Shown in pieces: positions 42,939 through 52,609 of a stretch of DNA of 64,000 nucleotides. Under the pieces are notes generated by a model. It was given only the letters and a program-made list of their open reading frames with translations, made no database searches and was not told where the DNA came from. The stretch is from the IMG/VR virus record IMGVR_UViG_3300020577_005857. The stretch is one strand, 5' to 3'. This DNA comes from an uncultured virus (IMG/VR IMGVR_UViG_3300020577_005857). Its lineage: Duplodnaviria; Heunggongvirae; Uroviricota; Caudoviricetes. Each line of letters begins with the position of its first letter. The stretch's first letter is position 1. The position numbers and the translations under genes are program-made.

Positions 42939-43880
42939 TTAGGCCTCAGGCTGTGTAGGAACCTCTACAGGGACATCAGCCTCGGCTTCCTCGGCAGCTT
43001 TAGCAGCTTTCTTGGCAGCCTTCTCAGCCTTGGCAGCAGCCTTTTTGGCTTTCTTTTCCTTCTTGGCCGCACGCTCTTTAGCCTTGGCAGCACGCTCTTT
43101 ATCATCGTTCAAGTACTGCGTGCCTCGCTCTTCACCGAACTTGATGGCCCGTTCGAGCTGGGTAGGCGTAGCACCAGCTCGGATAGCGCGTGCTACCAAA
43201 TCACCCACGCCATCCAAGTACTTCTCCTTGGGGCTCGGGGGATCAGAGAGAAGCTTCTCCAGTCCAGACTTCTGCTCAGCCTTGCTCAGCCGTGCTAGCT
43301 CATAGGCCTGCACAGTGGAGATCTGCCCGTTACACAGGGCCTCTTTCAGCTTGGGATCGGCCTTGCCAAGACGAATGAAGTTCTTGGCGGAAGCCTCACT
43401 CACGCCAAGGGCCGTGGCCACATCGTCGGCAGTCTGGTTACGGGTGGCCATACCGATAGCCTTTTCCGCCTTGGACAAGATTGCATCCGTGAGACGATGG
43501 CTATTAAGGCTGGCCCCAATAGCAATAGCGGTAGCCTCATCCTTAGACTTCTCCAGGAGCACCGGCAAGGGAAGCCCCGGCTGGCCTGCCTCGGCCAAAC
43601 GCTTATTGGCCTCACGTAGCCACCGCACGCGCTGACGGCCATCTACCACAAGATATAGACTGGCGTCCTCGGATTCCTCCACAAGGATAGGTTCCTTAAC
43701 GCCAAAAAGCATGACATTGCGAATGGCTTCCTCCTTGAGTGGCGCATGGATGCGCTCGTCGTAGAGATGATGTTCCTTGATGGATCGTACCTTGTCAAAA
43801 GGTGCGTCCAGGCCGACAATCACCACCTCATCAGGAGAGCCCTTCGAAAACGAAGATCGACTAAAACTAAACGTTGACAT
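42939..43880 (-). CDS. ParB/Srx-domain protein with HTH
   Basis: GVKEPILV...YLVVDGRQRVR ParB N-domain; HTH TADDVATALGVSE; Lys/Ala-rich tail. Confidence 0.8.
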   Translation of the reverse strand: MSTFSFSRSSFSKGSPDEVVIVGLDAPFDKVRSIKEHHLYDERIHAPLKEEAIRNVMLFGVKEPILVEESEDASLYLVVDGRQRVRWLREANKRLAEAGQPGLPLPVLLEKSKDEATAIAIGASLNSHRLTDAILSKAEKAIGMATRNQTADDVATALGVSEASAKNFIRLGKADPKLKEALCNGQISTVQAYELARLSKAEQKSGLEKLLSDPPSPKEKYLDGVGDLVARAIRAGATPTQLERAIKFGEERGTQYLNDDKERAAKAKERAAKKEKKAKKAAAKAEKAAKKAAKAAEEAEADVPVEVPTQPEA

Positions 43881-44148
43881 CAGTTGTCTGTTCCTTTCCT
43901 TCTCCAGTCTCCGCTATTTCTTGCGAAGAGTCAAGAAAATTTTCTTCAAAAACAAATTCACCCTTCAAGGTCTTGGCTGACCGGATGGTACCAGACAGCA
44001 CTTCGCTTATCTCATAGACCTTTGCCACATGCCCCTCAGGCAAGTGGCTCAGGTACATCTTGGCCACATCTCGAACATCTTTAGCATTGTCCGAGAAGGC
44101 CTGAACGGGCGGTCCTGCCACTCGGGGGATAATGATCCTAAACTTCAT
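43867..44148 (-). CDS. Hypothetical protein
   Basis: AGGAG RBS; part of the operon. Confidence 0.5.
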   Translation of the reverse strand: MKFRIIIPRVAGPPVQAFSDNAKDVRDVAKMYLSHLPEGHVAKVYEISEVLSGTIRSAKTLKGEFVFEENFLDSSQEIAETGEGKEQTTDVNV

Positions 44149-44158
44149 GTAACTCCTT

Positions 44159-47100
44159 TCAAATCTTTATTTCTTCCATATCGGCCCAGGACATGCCGGG
44201 TTTGTTGATGCTGAGTTCTGCTTCACACCAGAGGCCTTCTCCATTGGGAAGGATCAGAATCTCTGAGGGGCGTTCCATCTCACGCTTCACAGTGACCAAG
44301 CATTCATCCACATAGCGATCCGGGCACTCAAATACCAAGGCATCGTGAATCGGGATGATGAGCCCATACTTCTCTAGAAGATCCTGCTCCTGCATGCGGA
44401 TCATGGTTTCCTTGATCATTCCGAAAGCATCATTTGCTGGAGTGCAGGCAATGATTGCCTCTGCATCATCCCCAGGGCCAAAGCACCAGTGCATGCCATC
44501 CGAATGCACTCGGATGACCTCACCCGGCTTTACTCTGTAGCCAGCTTCCACAGGGAACTTATCCACGCAACAAGAGAAGCGCCGAACGAAACCATGACGG
44601 GTAATCAATATCCCATTGTTGCGATCTACGAACATTACGATCTCTTTGCGCCAGCGGCACGTAATAGGAAACTGATTGTCAAGGCCTTTGAACACGCTAT
44701 ACGCGTAATCAAGGCTGGGTAGGAATTCCTCATTCTCATGATAGAACCTAGGAGGCTGCATGCCAAAGCCATACCCAAGAATTGCAGGCTTAGCCTGCTT
44801 TCCACGGACGAACTCGAACGGAACCTTGATCCCACCGGGGCCCGGATATAGTGCCCGTTCATCCTTGCGAAAGTCCTTCAGCACTCGCATGAGGTCTTTA
44901 TCAGAAAGCTTCAGCAAGTCATCGGACTTGGCGAGATTCACAAGCTGGGTTGCAGCAATAAAGCTATGCATATCCAGCCGTGCAAGCCGCATATAGTCCG
45001 GATCATTCGCTTCAAAGCCAGTGGTCAACACATGAAATGCTTTGAAATCGGCTTCGATAATCCGATATCCAGGGCGGGGCTCGATTATGGTACGAACCAG
45101 TTTGCCCAATTCATACCGCTGGCTAGGAATCAGGCACTTATTGCACACATAATGCCCCGGCCTTGACTCTTCCCATACATGCTTGCAGCCGCGAACCTTC
45201 CCAAGCTCCTCGCCTGGACTGAAGTGAATCTTTCGCTTGAGATGCTTAGGGAAGGTAAGCGCCGCTGGATTGACCGCAGTAAGCTGGCCCGTACCGGTAT
45301 TGTCATCGTAGAATGGGTGGACCCGCATGTCCTCCTTGGGAGCCCAGCCTTCCACATACGTGGACCGCATCTTACGCAGCTCCCGAATCTCTACCGCAAG
45401 CTTCAGCACATCATCCTTGGTACTGGATGTGAGCCGATCCAATTCTTTCTTTTCCGTGGTAGGCTTCTTGCTCTTGAAGTCCATGGGAATGTACCACTTC
45501 ATGCCACGTAGGGCAGCCTTTGAGGGATTGGCCCCAAGGGAAGCTTTCTCCTCGCTTACGCGCCACCCTATATAGTTCAAGAGCTGCGGAGAGCTATTGG
45601 AATTGAAGTCTTCCAATTCGCCCCAGCGCTTCTCACTGCCAATGATTCCACCAAACTGATCCTCAATGGGGAAGAACTGGCGCACATAAATAGTTTCTCC
45701 ACAGGCCACACGATCCGGCAAGCCAGCCTCGAAGTCTGCCCTCAAACTCTTGAAGAGTTCACCAATACGTTTCTTAGTGGGCTTCTTGCCATTTGACTCA
45801 GCTTCTTGCGTGGCGGTAATGGTTGCCTCTGATTCCAGGCGGGGTTTCTCCGCATCCAGGATCTCTTTGGGGGTGCCCTTCAGGCCTTTAGCCTGTTTCG
45901 TAGGCTTCAGATGCTCAGGGACAATGACATTGATGTCATCATTGACATAGCCTTCGAGGGCCAACAGGCACTCCCGCAGCTCCAATCTTCTCTGGTCATT
46001 GATAGGAATGCCCCGCACCTGCAATGGGTCCAACACCTGAGTGTGCAAGGTATAGACTTGCCGCTGGTAGCCCCACAATACATCCTTGGCTGTGGGGCTG
46101 GTGTGCCGCATGGTTCCCATCTGCCTACTCAGGAACTCGAAGATCTTGATGGGTTCGATTACGTCACGCACGCCGTAGGTGCGCAAGTCATGCTCAAAGA
46201 GATACTTCCAGGGTCCATCCTGTGGGCTTACAAAGGAACTCACATATTGTAGACCACGGGGTAGATCCCGTTCCCAATGGCTCCACATACGCATGCCATC
46301 ATGCCATTCCCCATTGAACTTAATTCCAAGGTTCCGGATGATGTCTCGGTCGAAGCCTCGACCGTTCCAGTCCAGCTTCCGATTACCAAGTTCCATGAGC
46401 TTCTTGATGGGTCCCATGAGACTATAATCCCAACTACTCACCAGGGCATGGCCCTCGCCAAGGGAGATTTGGAACTGAGTGATACTGCCTGCGGCCTTCT
46501 CAAACTCAGACTCGTCACCCTGCAACACACTCAGGGGAGTCTCGAAATCATAGCTGATTATGAGATTAGGATTCTCCTCACACATGCGGATAGCCAGATC
46601 CCAATCGTCACGGGTTGCGAATTTCTTGACGCCAGGACCATCAACAGTCTGCGATATATCTTGTTGACTTCGCAGCATTGCCAGGGCAATATCCCGTTTC
46701 AGAACGCTATAGAAGCCCCAGCCGCCGCCGGATTGCTTTTCGGTGCGCGCACCAGACTCTACATTCTTGCGCTTTGAGCCGCGAATAATGAAGCTGGGAT
46801 GATAGGTTCCGATCACGGGGAGCCCACCGTACTCCCTGCGGGCAGGTACGATGTAGCCCCTGCCCTGTTCAATATTGGTGTGGTAAAGGCCGGTAAGCTC
46901 ATGCCACGCCACACCGCCGAGGGCTACCAAAACCCGTGGCCTATACTTCAAGATAAGCTCCGCATTCCGTGGCCTGCCATCCGCCAAGTATTCAGCTTCC
47001 CAGGGGCTTCCTTCAAGCCAATTCCTGGGAGGCTGATACCATGCAGCATTGCTGATCAGGGCCTTGCTGCGATCGATCCCAAGCTCACTGAAGGCTCGCG

Positions 47101-47368
47101 CCAATACACTACCTGCCGGGGCCCATGGCCGGAAGGGAAGGCCTGTGGCGTTCTCGTGTCCACCAGGGGCCTCACCTACAAACATGACACCTAGGCTGCC
47201 ATTGCCCTCAGGCTCCATGAGTCGAGGCATAACCCCGCCCAGCTCGTAGCCAGGGATCAAAGAGCCAAATCTCTTGGCCTCCCAAGTGGGAGCACCCCAA
47301 GGTGGGTCTGCCACCGTAGTGGGGCCTTGTGAAGGCCGCGCCAAGATATCCGCTATATTCTCAGACAT
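44159..47368 (-). CDS. Family A DNA polymerase with N-terminal UDG-like (family 4) domain and 3'-5' exonuclease
   Basis: UDG motifs VGEAPG..E...PF and TYHPS; exonuclease YDFET, WNGRGFD, YGVRD; polymerase motif A EADF, motif B RGKQAKPAILGYGFG, motif C IHDALV. Confidence 0.9.
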   Translation of the reverse strand: MSENIADILARPSQGPTTVADPPWGAPTWEAKRFGSLIPGYELGGVMPRLMEPEGNGSLGVMFVGEAPGGHENATGLPFRPWAPAGSVLARAFSELGIDRSKALISNAAWYQPPRNWLEGSPWEAEYLADGRPRNAELILKYRPRVLVALGGVAWHELTGLYHTNIEQGRGYIVPARREYGGLPVIGTYHPSFIIRGSKRKNVESGARTEKQSGGGWGFYSVLKRDIALAMLRSQQDISQTVDGPGVKKFATRDDWDLAIRMCEENPNLIISYDFETPLSVLQGDESEFEKAAGSITQFQISLGEGHALVSSWDYSLMGPIKKLMELGNRKLDWNGRGFDRDIIRNLGIKFNGEWHDGMRMWSHWERDLPRGLQYVSSFVSPQDGPWKYLFEHDLRTYGVRDVIEPIKIFEFLSRQMGTMRHTSPTAKDVLWGYQRQVYTLHTQVLDPLQVRGIPINDQRRLELRECLLALEGYVNDDINVIVPEHLKPTKQAKGLKGTPKEILDAEKPRLESEATITATQEAESNGKKPTKKRIGELFKSLRADFEAGLPDRVACGETIYVRQFFPIEDQFGGIIGSEKRWGELEDFNSNSSPQLLNYIGWRVSEEKASLGANPSKAALRGMKWYIPMDFKSKKPTTEKKELDRLTSSTKDDVLKLAVEIRELRKMRSTYVEGWAPKEDMRVHPFYDDNTGTGQLTAVNPAALTFPKHLKRKIHFSPGEELGKVRGCKHVWEESRPGHYVCNKCLIPSQRYELGKLVRTIIEPRPGYRIIEADFKAFHVLTTGFEANDPDYMRLARLDMHSFIAATQLVNLAKSDDLLKLSDKDLMRVLKDFRKDERALYPGPGGIKVPFEFVRGKQAKPAILGYGFGMQPPRFYHENEEFLPSLDYAYSVFKGLDNQFPITCRWRKEIVMFVDRNNGILITRHGFVRRFSCCVDKFPVEAGYRVKPGEVIRVHSDGMHWCFGPGDDAEAIIACTPANDAFGMIKETMIRMQEQDLLEKYGLIIPIHDALVFECPDRYVDECLVTVKREMERPSEILILPNGEGLWCEAELSINKPGMSWADMEEIKI

Positions 47369-47945
47369 TGATTACCACTCCATATCTCTAGCTCTAAAAT
47401 CCCCAAAGTCCTCGTCTTCTTCATCACCGTACCTTAGGCTTTTGTATATCTCCTCTTGTTGCTTCCTTAAGCGCATGATAGCTTCGTAGCTAGGTTTCAA
47501 GGTCCTCAATGAGTCGATGGGCACGTGCTTCCGTGAACCCAATGGGATGATTGTCAAGGAAGGTTGAGATCTGATCGCACATATTCCTGATGAATAGGGC
47601 CTGCTTTTTGGTTATGCGAGGCTTATCCACAAGGGAAGAATCATCTTTTGGAACTGAAGGGCGGGCCAATATTTCCGATTTCATGCCTAGTCACCAAGGA
47701 AAAGCCAAAAAATGAATGCGATTAGCCCCATTGCGGCCACTGCCTTAACACATTCACAGATGATTTTTATGCTTGCCTCTGACGTGAATCCTCCTAATGT
47801 AGCCATAGCCAAAGCCATCTTAGTCCGCTGATACTTACCAAGACTGTAACAGCAAACCCTATAACTACTCCTGCAAATATCATCCCATCAGTGAAGGCAT
47901 CCCAGAACATCGCAAGAAAATCTAAGATAGAATAGCGAATATCTC

Positions 47946-49445
47946 TCAAATCCATTCCTGCACCTCCGGGGCGCTTTTAATTTTGCTGGCGAGGCTGCCA
48001 GGAAGGCCATGAATAACAAGGCCCTCCGGATTGCGTGCCCTGCTTAGGGCTACATAGGCCATGTTGGCCGTCCCGAAGAATCGATCCACGGGGCAGACCT
48101 GCACGGTATTGAGGCTCAATCCCTGCACGCTGTGAACCGTGCTCGCCCAGCCTAGCTTCACTGGCAAGTGAGTTACGGAGCCAATGTAGTGTACAGCCTT
48201 AGCTGCGCCCTCATCATCGTACACCTTGCGGACTCGAACTTCAGTCCCTTTCTTACGCAGGTCGTCTACTTGCGCCTCTGGCACGTCATTGAATTTGGTA
48301 GTGAAGCCAAGAGTATGCACACCACCCGTCCGGTCTAGCTTCACCTCCACAGCATTAGGAAGAATGCTCAAGATAACACCTTGGTCCCCATTCACCCAGT
48401 CCCAATTGCGCGTGTCGTTAGAGGTAATCCTTATCCGTGCATTCGGGCACAAAGTGATTGCATCGATCTCTCGAAGCCATTCCTGCCGCTGAGTACCCCA
48501 GCGGGTGGCGTTGAAGGTACGCTCGGAGCCTTCCTGCCCTCTAAGAGTGTTGATGAAACGGGCCTGATTCCACTGATGGACTTCCCCGTTGGTAGCAAAC
48601 AGTGTGAGCAAGTCATTGCGGAGCATGGGAACAAACTGTACTCCGCACTTCTGCAAGAGCCTAACGCACTCTCTCCCATTACCTCTGCGGGCCGCATTGA
48701 TAGCGGCCACAAACTCCGGATTGTCTTGACGGTGTACCTTGGTAAGGCGCTGCACCTCAAAGTCCTTCCAAGCTTGCGCCCTAAACGCCCAGGGCGTGGC
48801 TACCTTGGCCTTCTCCACTGGAGGCAACTGGGCGAAATCCCCAACCACCACAAGCCGCAATGGAGTATTCTCGTATCGTCCCAGCCCAACGTTATAGACT
48901 TCCCTACCTTCCTCATTTAGCTGCCGGATGGCATCCACTAAGGCATCCAAACTGACAGCATGGAACATGGAGACCTCTTCCAGAACCAAGGTGCGCCTGC
49001 CTTCAAGCTTCCGTCTCAGCCGATTCTTGAGGGCCCCACTTCTATGGAGATCCAGCAAATCTTCTTTAGTCCCGAATCCCAACAGAGAATTTATGGTGAT
49101 TCCATCCGAGTTCATTGCAGCCACTCCAGTGGTGGCGCTCACAGTATAGTCATAGGGATGAGTCTCCACTGCGTGGCGTACCACCGTAGACTTACCTGTA
49201 CCAGCTTCTCCAGTCAGGAACAGAAGCAGCGGATCACGATTGAGGTCCGGGATATTCATCTTAGGCTTGGCCTCCGGCTCTTTGCCAAAGATCTCGTCCG
49301 CTTCCTCCTGTGTCACGTATTGAAAACCAGGATCGGAGATGCCGTAGGGCATGGCATGAGACACGGGCTCCATCTCACCATCACGGCCCACATTTTCCAT
49401 AGTGGGTTCGAGTTTGCTTTTGAGTTTGCTTGCAAAATCTACCAT
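47946..49445 (-). CDS. PIF1/RecD-like SF1B helicase
   Basis: GEAGTGKS, LEEVSM, GDFAQLPPV, HRQ, TVHSVQGLS, YVALSR. Confidence 0.92.
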   Translation of the reverse strand: MVDFASKLKSKLEPTMENVGRDGEMEPVSHAMPYGISDPGFQYVTQEEADEIFGKEPEAKPKMNIPDLNRDPLLLFLTGEAGTGKSTVVRHAVETHPYDYTVSATTGVAAMNSDGITINSLLGFGTKEDLLDLHRSGALKNRLRRKLEGRRTLVLEEVSMFHAVSLDALVDAIRQLNEEGREVYNVGLGRYENTPLRLVVVGDFAQLPPVEKAKVATPWAFRAQAWKDFEVQRLTKVHRQDNPEFVAAINAARRGNGRECVRLLQKCGVQFVPMLRNDLLTLFATNGEVHQWNQARFINTLRGQEGSERTFNATRWGTQRQEWLREIDAITLCPNARIRITSNDTRNWDWVNGDQGVILSILPNAVEVKLDRTGGVHTLGFTTKFNDVPEAQVDDLRKKGTEVRVRKVYDDEGAAKAVHYIGSVTHLPVKLGWASTVHSVQGLSLNTVQVCPVDRFFGTANMAYVALSRARNPEGLVIHGLPGSLASKIKSAPEVQEWI

Positions 49446-49684
49446 TACTGGCCCTCCCTATAGTCGGTCTTAAAACCCACATAGGCCATAGGCTGCCGAC
49501 TGGCAATCTTGGTCAGAATCCAACTTAGCCATCCAGGCAGCACCACCTCTTGAATAGTAAACGGATTGGGGCCTTTGCCGAAAACTCCACCCTGTACTGC
49601 ATTCCGTTCCATCGTATTATTGATCCAGGTTTCCGAGCCCTCATATAAGAGGACTCGGATAACCTGTTTCTTGGGGATATTCAT
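49445..49684 (-). CDS. Hypothetical protein
   Basis: Coupled ORF. Confidence 0.5.
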   Translation of the reverse strand: MNIPKKQVIRVLLYEGSETWINNTMERNAVQGGVFGKGPNPFTIQEVVLPGWLSWILTKIASRQPMAYVGFKTDYREGQ

Positions 49685-49977
49685 TACCCCTTACCTCGAT
49701 TGTCAAAATTCTGGCGAAGCTGTTGCAATACCTCTACCGGCAGGATATCGCCTGCCCCCTTCAACATGCGGCCAAATGCTTCCTGACGGGCCACCTTGCG
49801 ATTGTTGGTATCCTTCGGATTGCGCCGTGAGTGGCCAGCAGCCACAACATCTCGAAGGGCTCTCCCATCAGAATTGAAAATCTTGTAAAGATAACAGTAA
49901 CCTTCGCTAGGTTTAGATTTGGGCCAATCAAAAGTAACCCACAAATTCTCGCCATTGTACTCAACTGGTTTGATCAT
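49684..49977 (-). CDS. Hypothetical phage protein
   Basis: GHSRRNPKDTNNRKVARQEAFGR pattern; GGAGG RBS. Confidence 0.5.
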   Translation of the reverse strand: MIKPVEYNGENLWVTFDWPKSKPSEGYCYLYKIFNSDGRALRDVVAAGHSRRNPKDTNNRKVARQEAFGRMLKGAGDILPVEVLQQLRQNFDNRGKG

Positions 49978-49990
49978 CGGTGCCTCCTTC

Positions 49991-50017
49991 AAAAAATAGG
50001 GGACCTTGCGGTCCCCT
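49991..50017 (-). terminator. Intrinsic terminator
   Basis: AGGGGACC-GCAA-GGTCCCCT hairpin followed by ATTTTTT on the minus strand. Confidence 0.75.
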
Positions 50018-50043
50018 TCAAGGTTAAGGGAAGAAAGGCAGGC

Positions 50044-50709
50044 TTACTCGTTATCGTGGAGCGGCAGGAACTCTACCACCTCACAGCGGGCGGTGATGTG
50101 ATCCCCACCAGGGTTAAGTGGGTCCACCGGGAAACGCCATTTGGGCTTGCCGTTGTCGTCCTTCGGGAAGTTAGCCATGCCTTTGTGCAGAGTTTCGTAC
50201 TCGTCGAATCCGGCAGAATTCTTCTTGCCGGTCTTCTTGCTGATGCTCCACTCGGTCTTTACCCGGCACATGGGATTGCTGGCCAAGACTTCCTGCATAA
50301 GTTCGATCTGCCGCTGATGGGAGATAGTCTCATGCTCGATGAGGTGGCCCATGTTCAGACGCTTCAGCAAACTGATCGCAGTAGTGGTGCCACTACGTTC
50401 CTGGAACTTCGTGCTTGGTGTGACGAAGACGTGAGGGAATAGCACCTGCCCATGAACTGCCTGATTGTCAGGGTCTTCAATGACACACTGAATCTTGAAA
50501 TTCACGTGGCCATCGGTTGGGGTCTTGCCATCGTCCCCGCCGAATGCGGTAGCCTTGAATTCCCACAAAGCTTTGGCATCCTTCGGCCCCTTGATGCGAA
50601 CTGTATAGATCGCCTCAGGTACCGGAGGCAGCTCTGCATAAGCATCCGCATCCTTATTCACTGTTACAGTCTTATTGAGTAGACTGGGGTCAAACGTTTG
50701 ATTAGCCAT
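50044..50709 (-). CDS. Putative ssDNA-binding protein (DUF669-like)
   Basis: PPVPEAIYTVRI start and beta-rich body; follows the AAA recombinase and nuclease genes. Confidence 0.5.
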   Translation of the reverse strand: MANQTFDPSLLNKTVTVNKDADAYAELPPVPEAIYTVRIKGPKDAKALWEFKATAFGGDDGKTPTDGHVNFKIQCVIEDPDNQAVHGQVLFPHVFVTPSTKFQERSGTTTAISLLKRLNMGHLIEHETISHQRQIELMQEVLASNPMCRVKTEWSISKKTGKKNSAGFDEYETLHKGMANFPKDDNGKPKWRFPVDPLNPGGDHITARCEVVEFLPLHDNE

Positions 50710-50723
50710 TCGGCTCCTTTCGA

Positions 50724-50966
50724 TTATTGCAAAAATTGCATCTCATTGTGGACCTGCTGCTGCACATCATCAGATCCGGGAATCTTTCGAACGATCCCAA
50801 TGATTGTGTCTTTTTGGAAGGCAGCTAGCGTGTTGCCAAGCCTATCCACCAGGATTACCCACCCTTCGCTTTCGCGACAGTTTACGGCTTCAGCCACTAC
50901 GAACATCGCAGGTTTGGTGTAGACAAGTATTCCTTCCTGTGGCCCAGAAAACATCAATCCTTCCAT
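50724..50966 (-). CDS. Hypothetical protein
   Basis: GGAGG RBS; coupled ORF. Confidence 0.5.
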   Translation of the reverse strand: MEGLMFSGPQEGILVYTKPAMFVVAEAVNCRESEGWVILVDRLGNTLAAFQKDTIIGIVRKIPGSDDVQQQVHNEMQFLQ

Positions 50967-51940
50967 TAATCCTCCCATATTCCGTGGCGCAACTTGACCA
51001 AAACTTCTAAGCCTTGCTCCTCAAGTCCCATCGGAATGTATCCGTTAGGAAATTTCTTTTCAAGCTTGGCGGTGACAGCAGGTGGCAAGCTAACCTTGGC
51101 AGGCCATAGCATATAGCCACCGGACACAGGTCTAGACATCTCAGGATGATCCCAAAAGTACGCCCGTACCTCACGCTTGCCCGTCTTCGAATCCACCACG
51201 CGCACCATATGCAGAGTGTCTTGAAAGCGTTGTGAGGTAGAGCCTACAATGGCCTTGCCAAGAGAGGCTGGACCAAGCACGGCTCTATCCAAATCGTCAG
51301 TGCCTTCCGCTTCATGGGCGGTAACGATTACCCATGGAACTTCGCTGCCGTCCTCTCGCCGAAGACTCTTAATTCGTGGAAGAAAAGATGTGAGCATGAA
51401 CCGTTGCACCTGTCCATAGTGGCTCTGGCCAGCAGCTCCCAACAAGTAAGTTTGACTTGCTCCGCCTTCCACCTTGGCCACAACCTCAGTACGGCCCACA
51501 ACTTCTTGACTCACCTTGCGGCCTGAATCGATGTGATCCTGCAACAATAGGTCGGCAATCGTGTTGAATCCCTCGAAGGCATAGGCAATCAAGTTATTGG
51601 GTGCTCGTGTGGACTTGGTGAAGACAAGCTCATTGACTCCCTTAGCGCTCTTTTCGATCTTGAGCCAGCGGCCATCCGCAATGGAATTGACTGCCCCAAA
51701 CGGACTGTCGGGGTATCGAAACATGCTCAGGTCCACAGCCTCCACGTAGCCTTCAGGATTGGATGGGCTCTTTACGATATCGTCAATAGGACCCCAGCCG
51801 GAGTCCGCACCGACGTATCGGAATATCGGGTCTTCTACCTCGAACCTCTCTTGGTAGATTTCACGTAACGTCTTGAATATACGGCCAAGCTGGCTGGATT
51901 TTGTGGTGCCAGTTCGACCGTATCCTAGTAGTGTGTTCAT
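50966..51940 (-). CDS. AAA/RecA-like ATPase (Sak4-like recombinase)
   Basis: YGRTGTTKS Walker A variant; HYGQVQ and IVTAHE motifs. Confidence 0.7.
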   Translation of the reverse strand: MNTLLGYGRTGTTKSSQLGRIFKTLREIYQERFEVEDPIFRYVGADSGWGPIDDIVKSPSNPEGYVEAVDLSMFRYPDSPFGAVNSIADGRWLKIEKSAKGVNELVFTKSTRAPNNLIAYAFEGFNTIADLLLQDHIDSGRKVSQEVVGRTEVVAKVEGGASQTYLLGAAGQSHYGQVQRFMLTSFLPRIKSLRREDGSEVPWVIVTAHEAEGTDDLDRAVLGPASLGKAIVGSTSQRFQDTLHMVRVVDSKTGKREVRAYFWDHPEMSRPVSGGYMLWPAKVSLPPAVTAKLEKKFPNGYIPMGLEEQGLEVLVKLRHGIWED

Positions 51941-52425
51941 ATCTCTAGGGCATCACTTGCCCGTTCTGCGGCCTCATACAATTCGGAGCCTAGTTCCAAG
52001 TCCTCAACCTCACCCAAGGCGGAACTCAACTCAGATTCCCAGGAGGAGCAGGCGTCTACTTTCTCCTGAATCTCCTCCCCTGTGGGCCCTTGCTGTAAGC
52101 CCTCCGGCATATTATTCAGAGACTCTTCGTACTCCTCCCCTACCTCTTGCGCAATGTTCATGGCCTCTTCGAGCGCGGTAACGATTGCCTCTTTGTCCTC
52201 ACTCAGAATGGCCTCTGCAATACCTTCCTGGGCCGCATACAACCGCGCCAGTTTATCCGAGCTTGTCATCTCAGAGGGCCTAGGATTATGCTGCTCGCAG
52301 TACACCCGCTTAGGGCCGAAATTAAACTTGAACCAACGGTAGGGTTCTCCCTGCCCAATGGCCATGCCGCACCGGAAACAATTCCCGGGGGCCTTCCGAG
52401 CCTTATTCACAAAGTGGACTCTCAT
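51937..52425 (-). CDS. Phage protein with N-terminal Zn site and acidic helical domain
   Basis: KARK..CFRCG..I..GEPYRW; ESLNNMPEGLQ motif. Confidence 0.55.
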   Translation of the reverse strand: MRVHFVNKARKAPGNCFRCGMAIGQGEPYRWFKFNFGPKRVYCEQHNPRPSEMTSSDKLARLYAAQEGIAEAILSEDKEAIVTALEEAMNIAQEVGEEYEESLNNMPEGLQQGPTGEEIQEKVDACSSWESELSSALGEVEDLELGSELYEAAERASDALEI

Positions 52426-52609
52426 ACAGTTATCTTCTTGTATTTTTCCCAAAATTCCAGCGCGGCGTCCTTAGTCAGCTTGTAAGTGAGGCCATCCGAC
52501 AAAATAATGTCAACTGTAATGTATTGCATATCATAGAGCACCGACGCGATGAGATCCGGATTGAAAGTCCGTATGCCTACACTTGTTGAAACTGATATGT
52601 GCATATAGC

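Noticed and set aside
44159..47368. Intein or intron in the polymerase (or terminase)
   Set aside because: Insertions lack C...HN splice motifs and LAGLIDADG signatures, and the frames are continuous.
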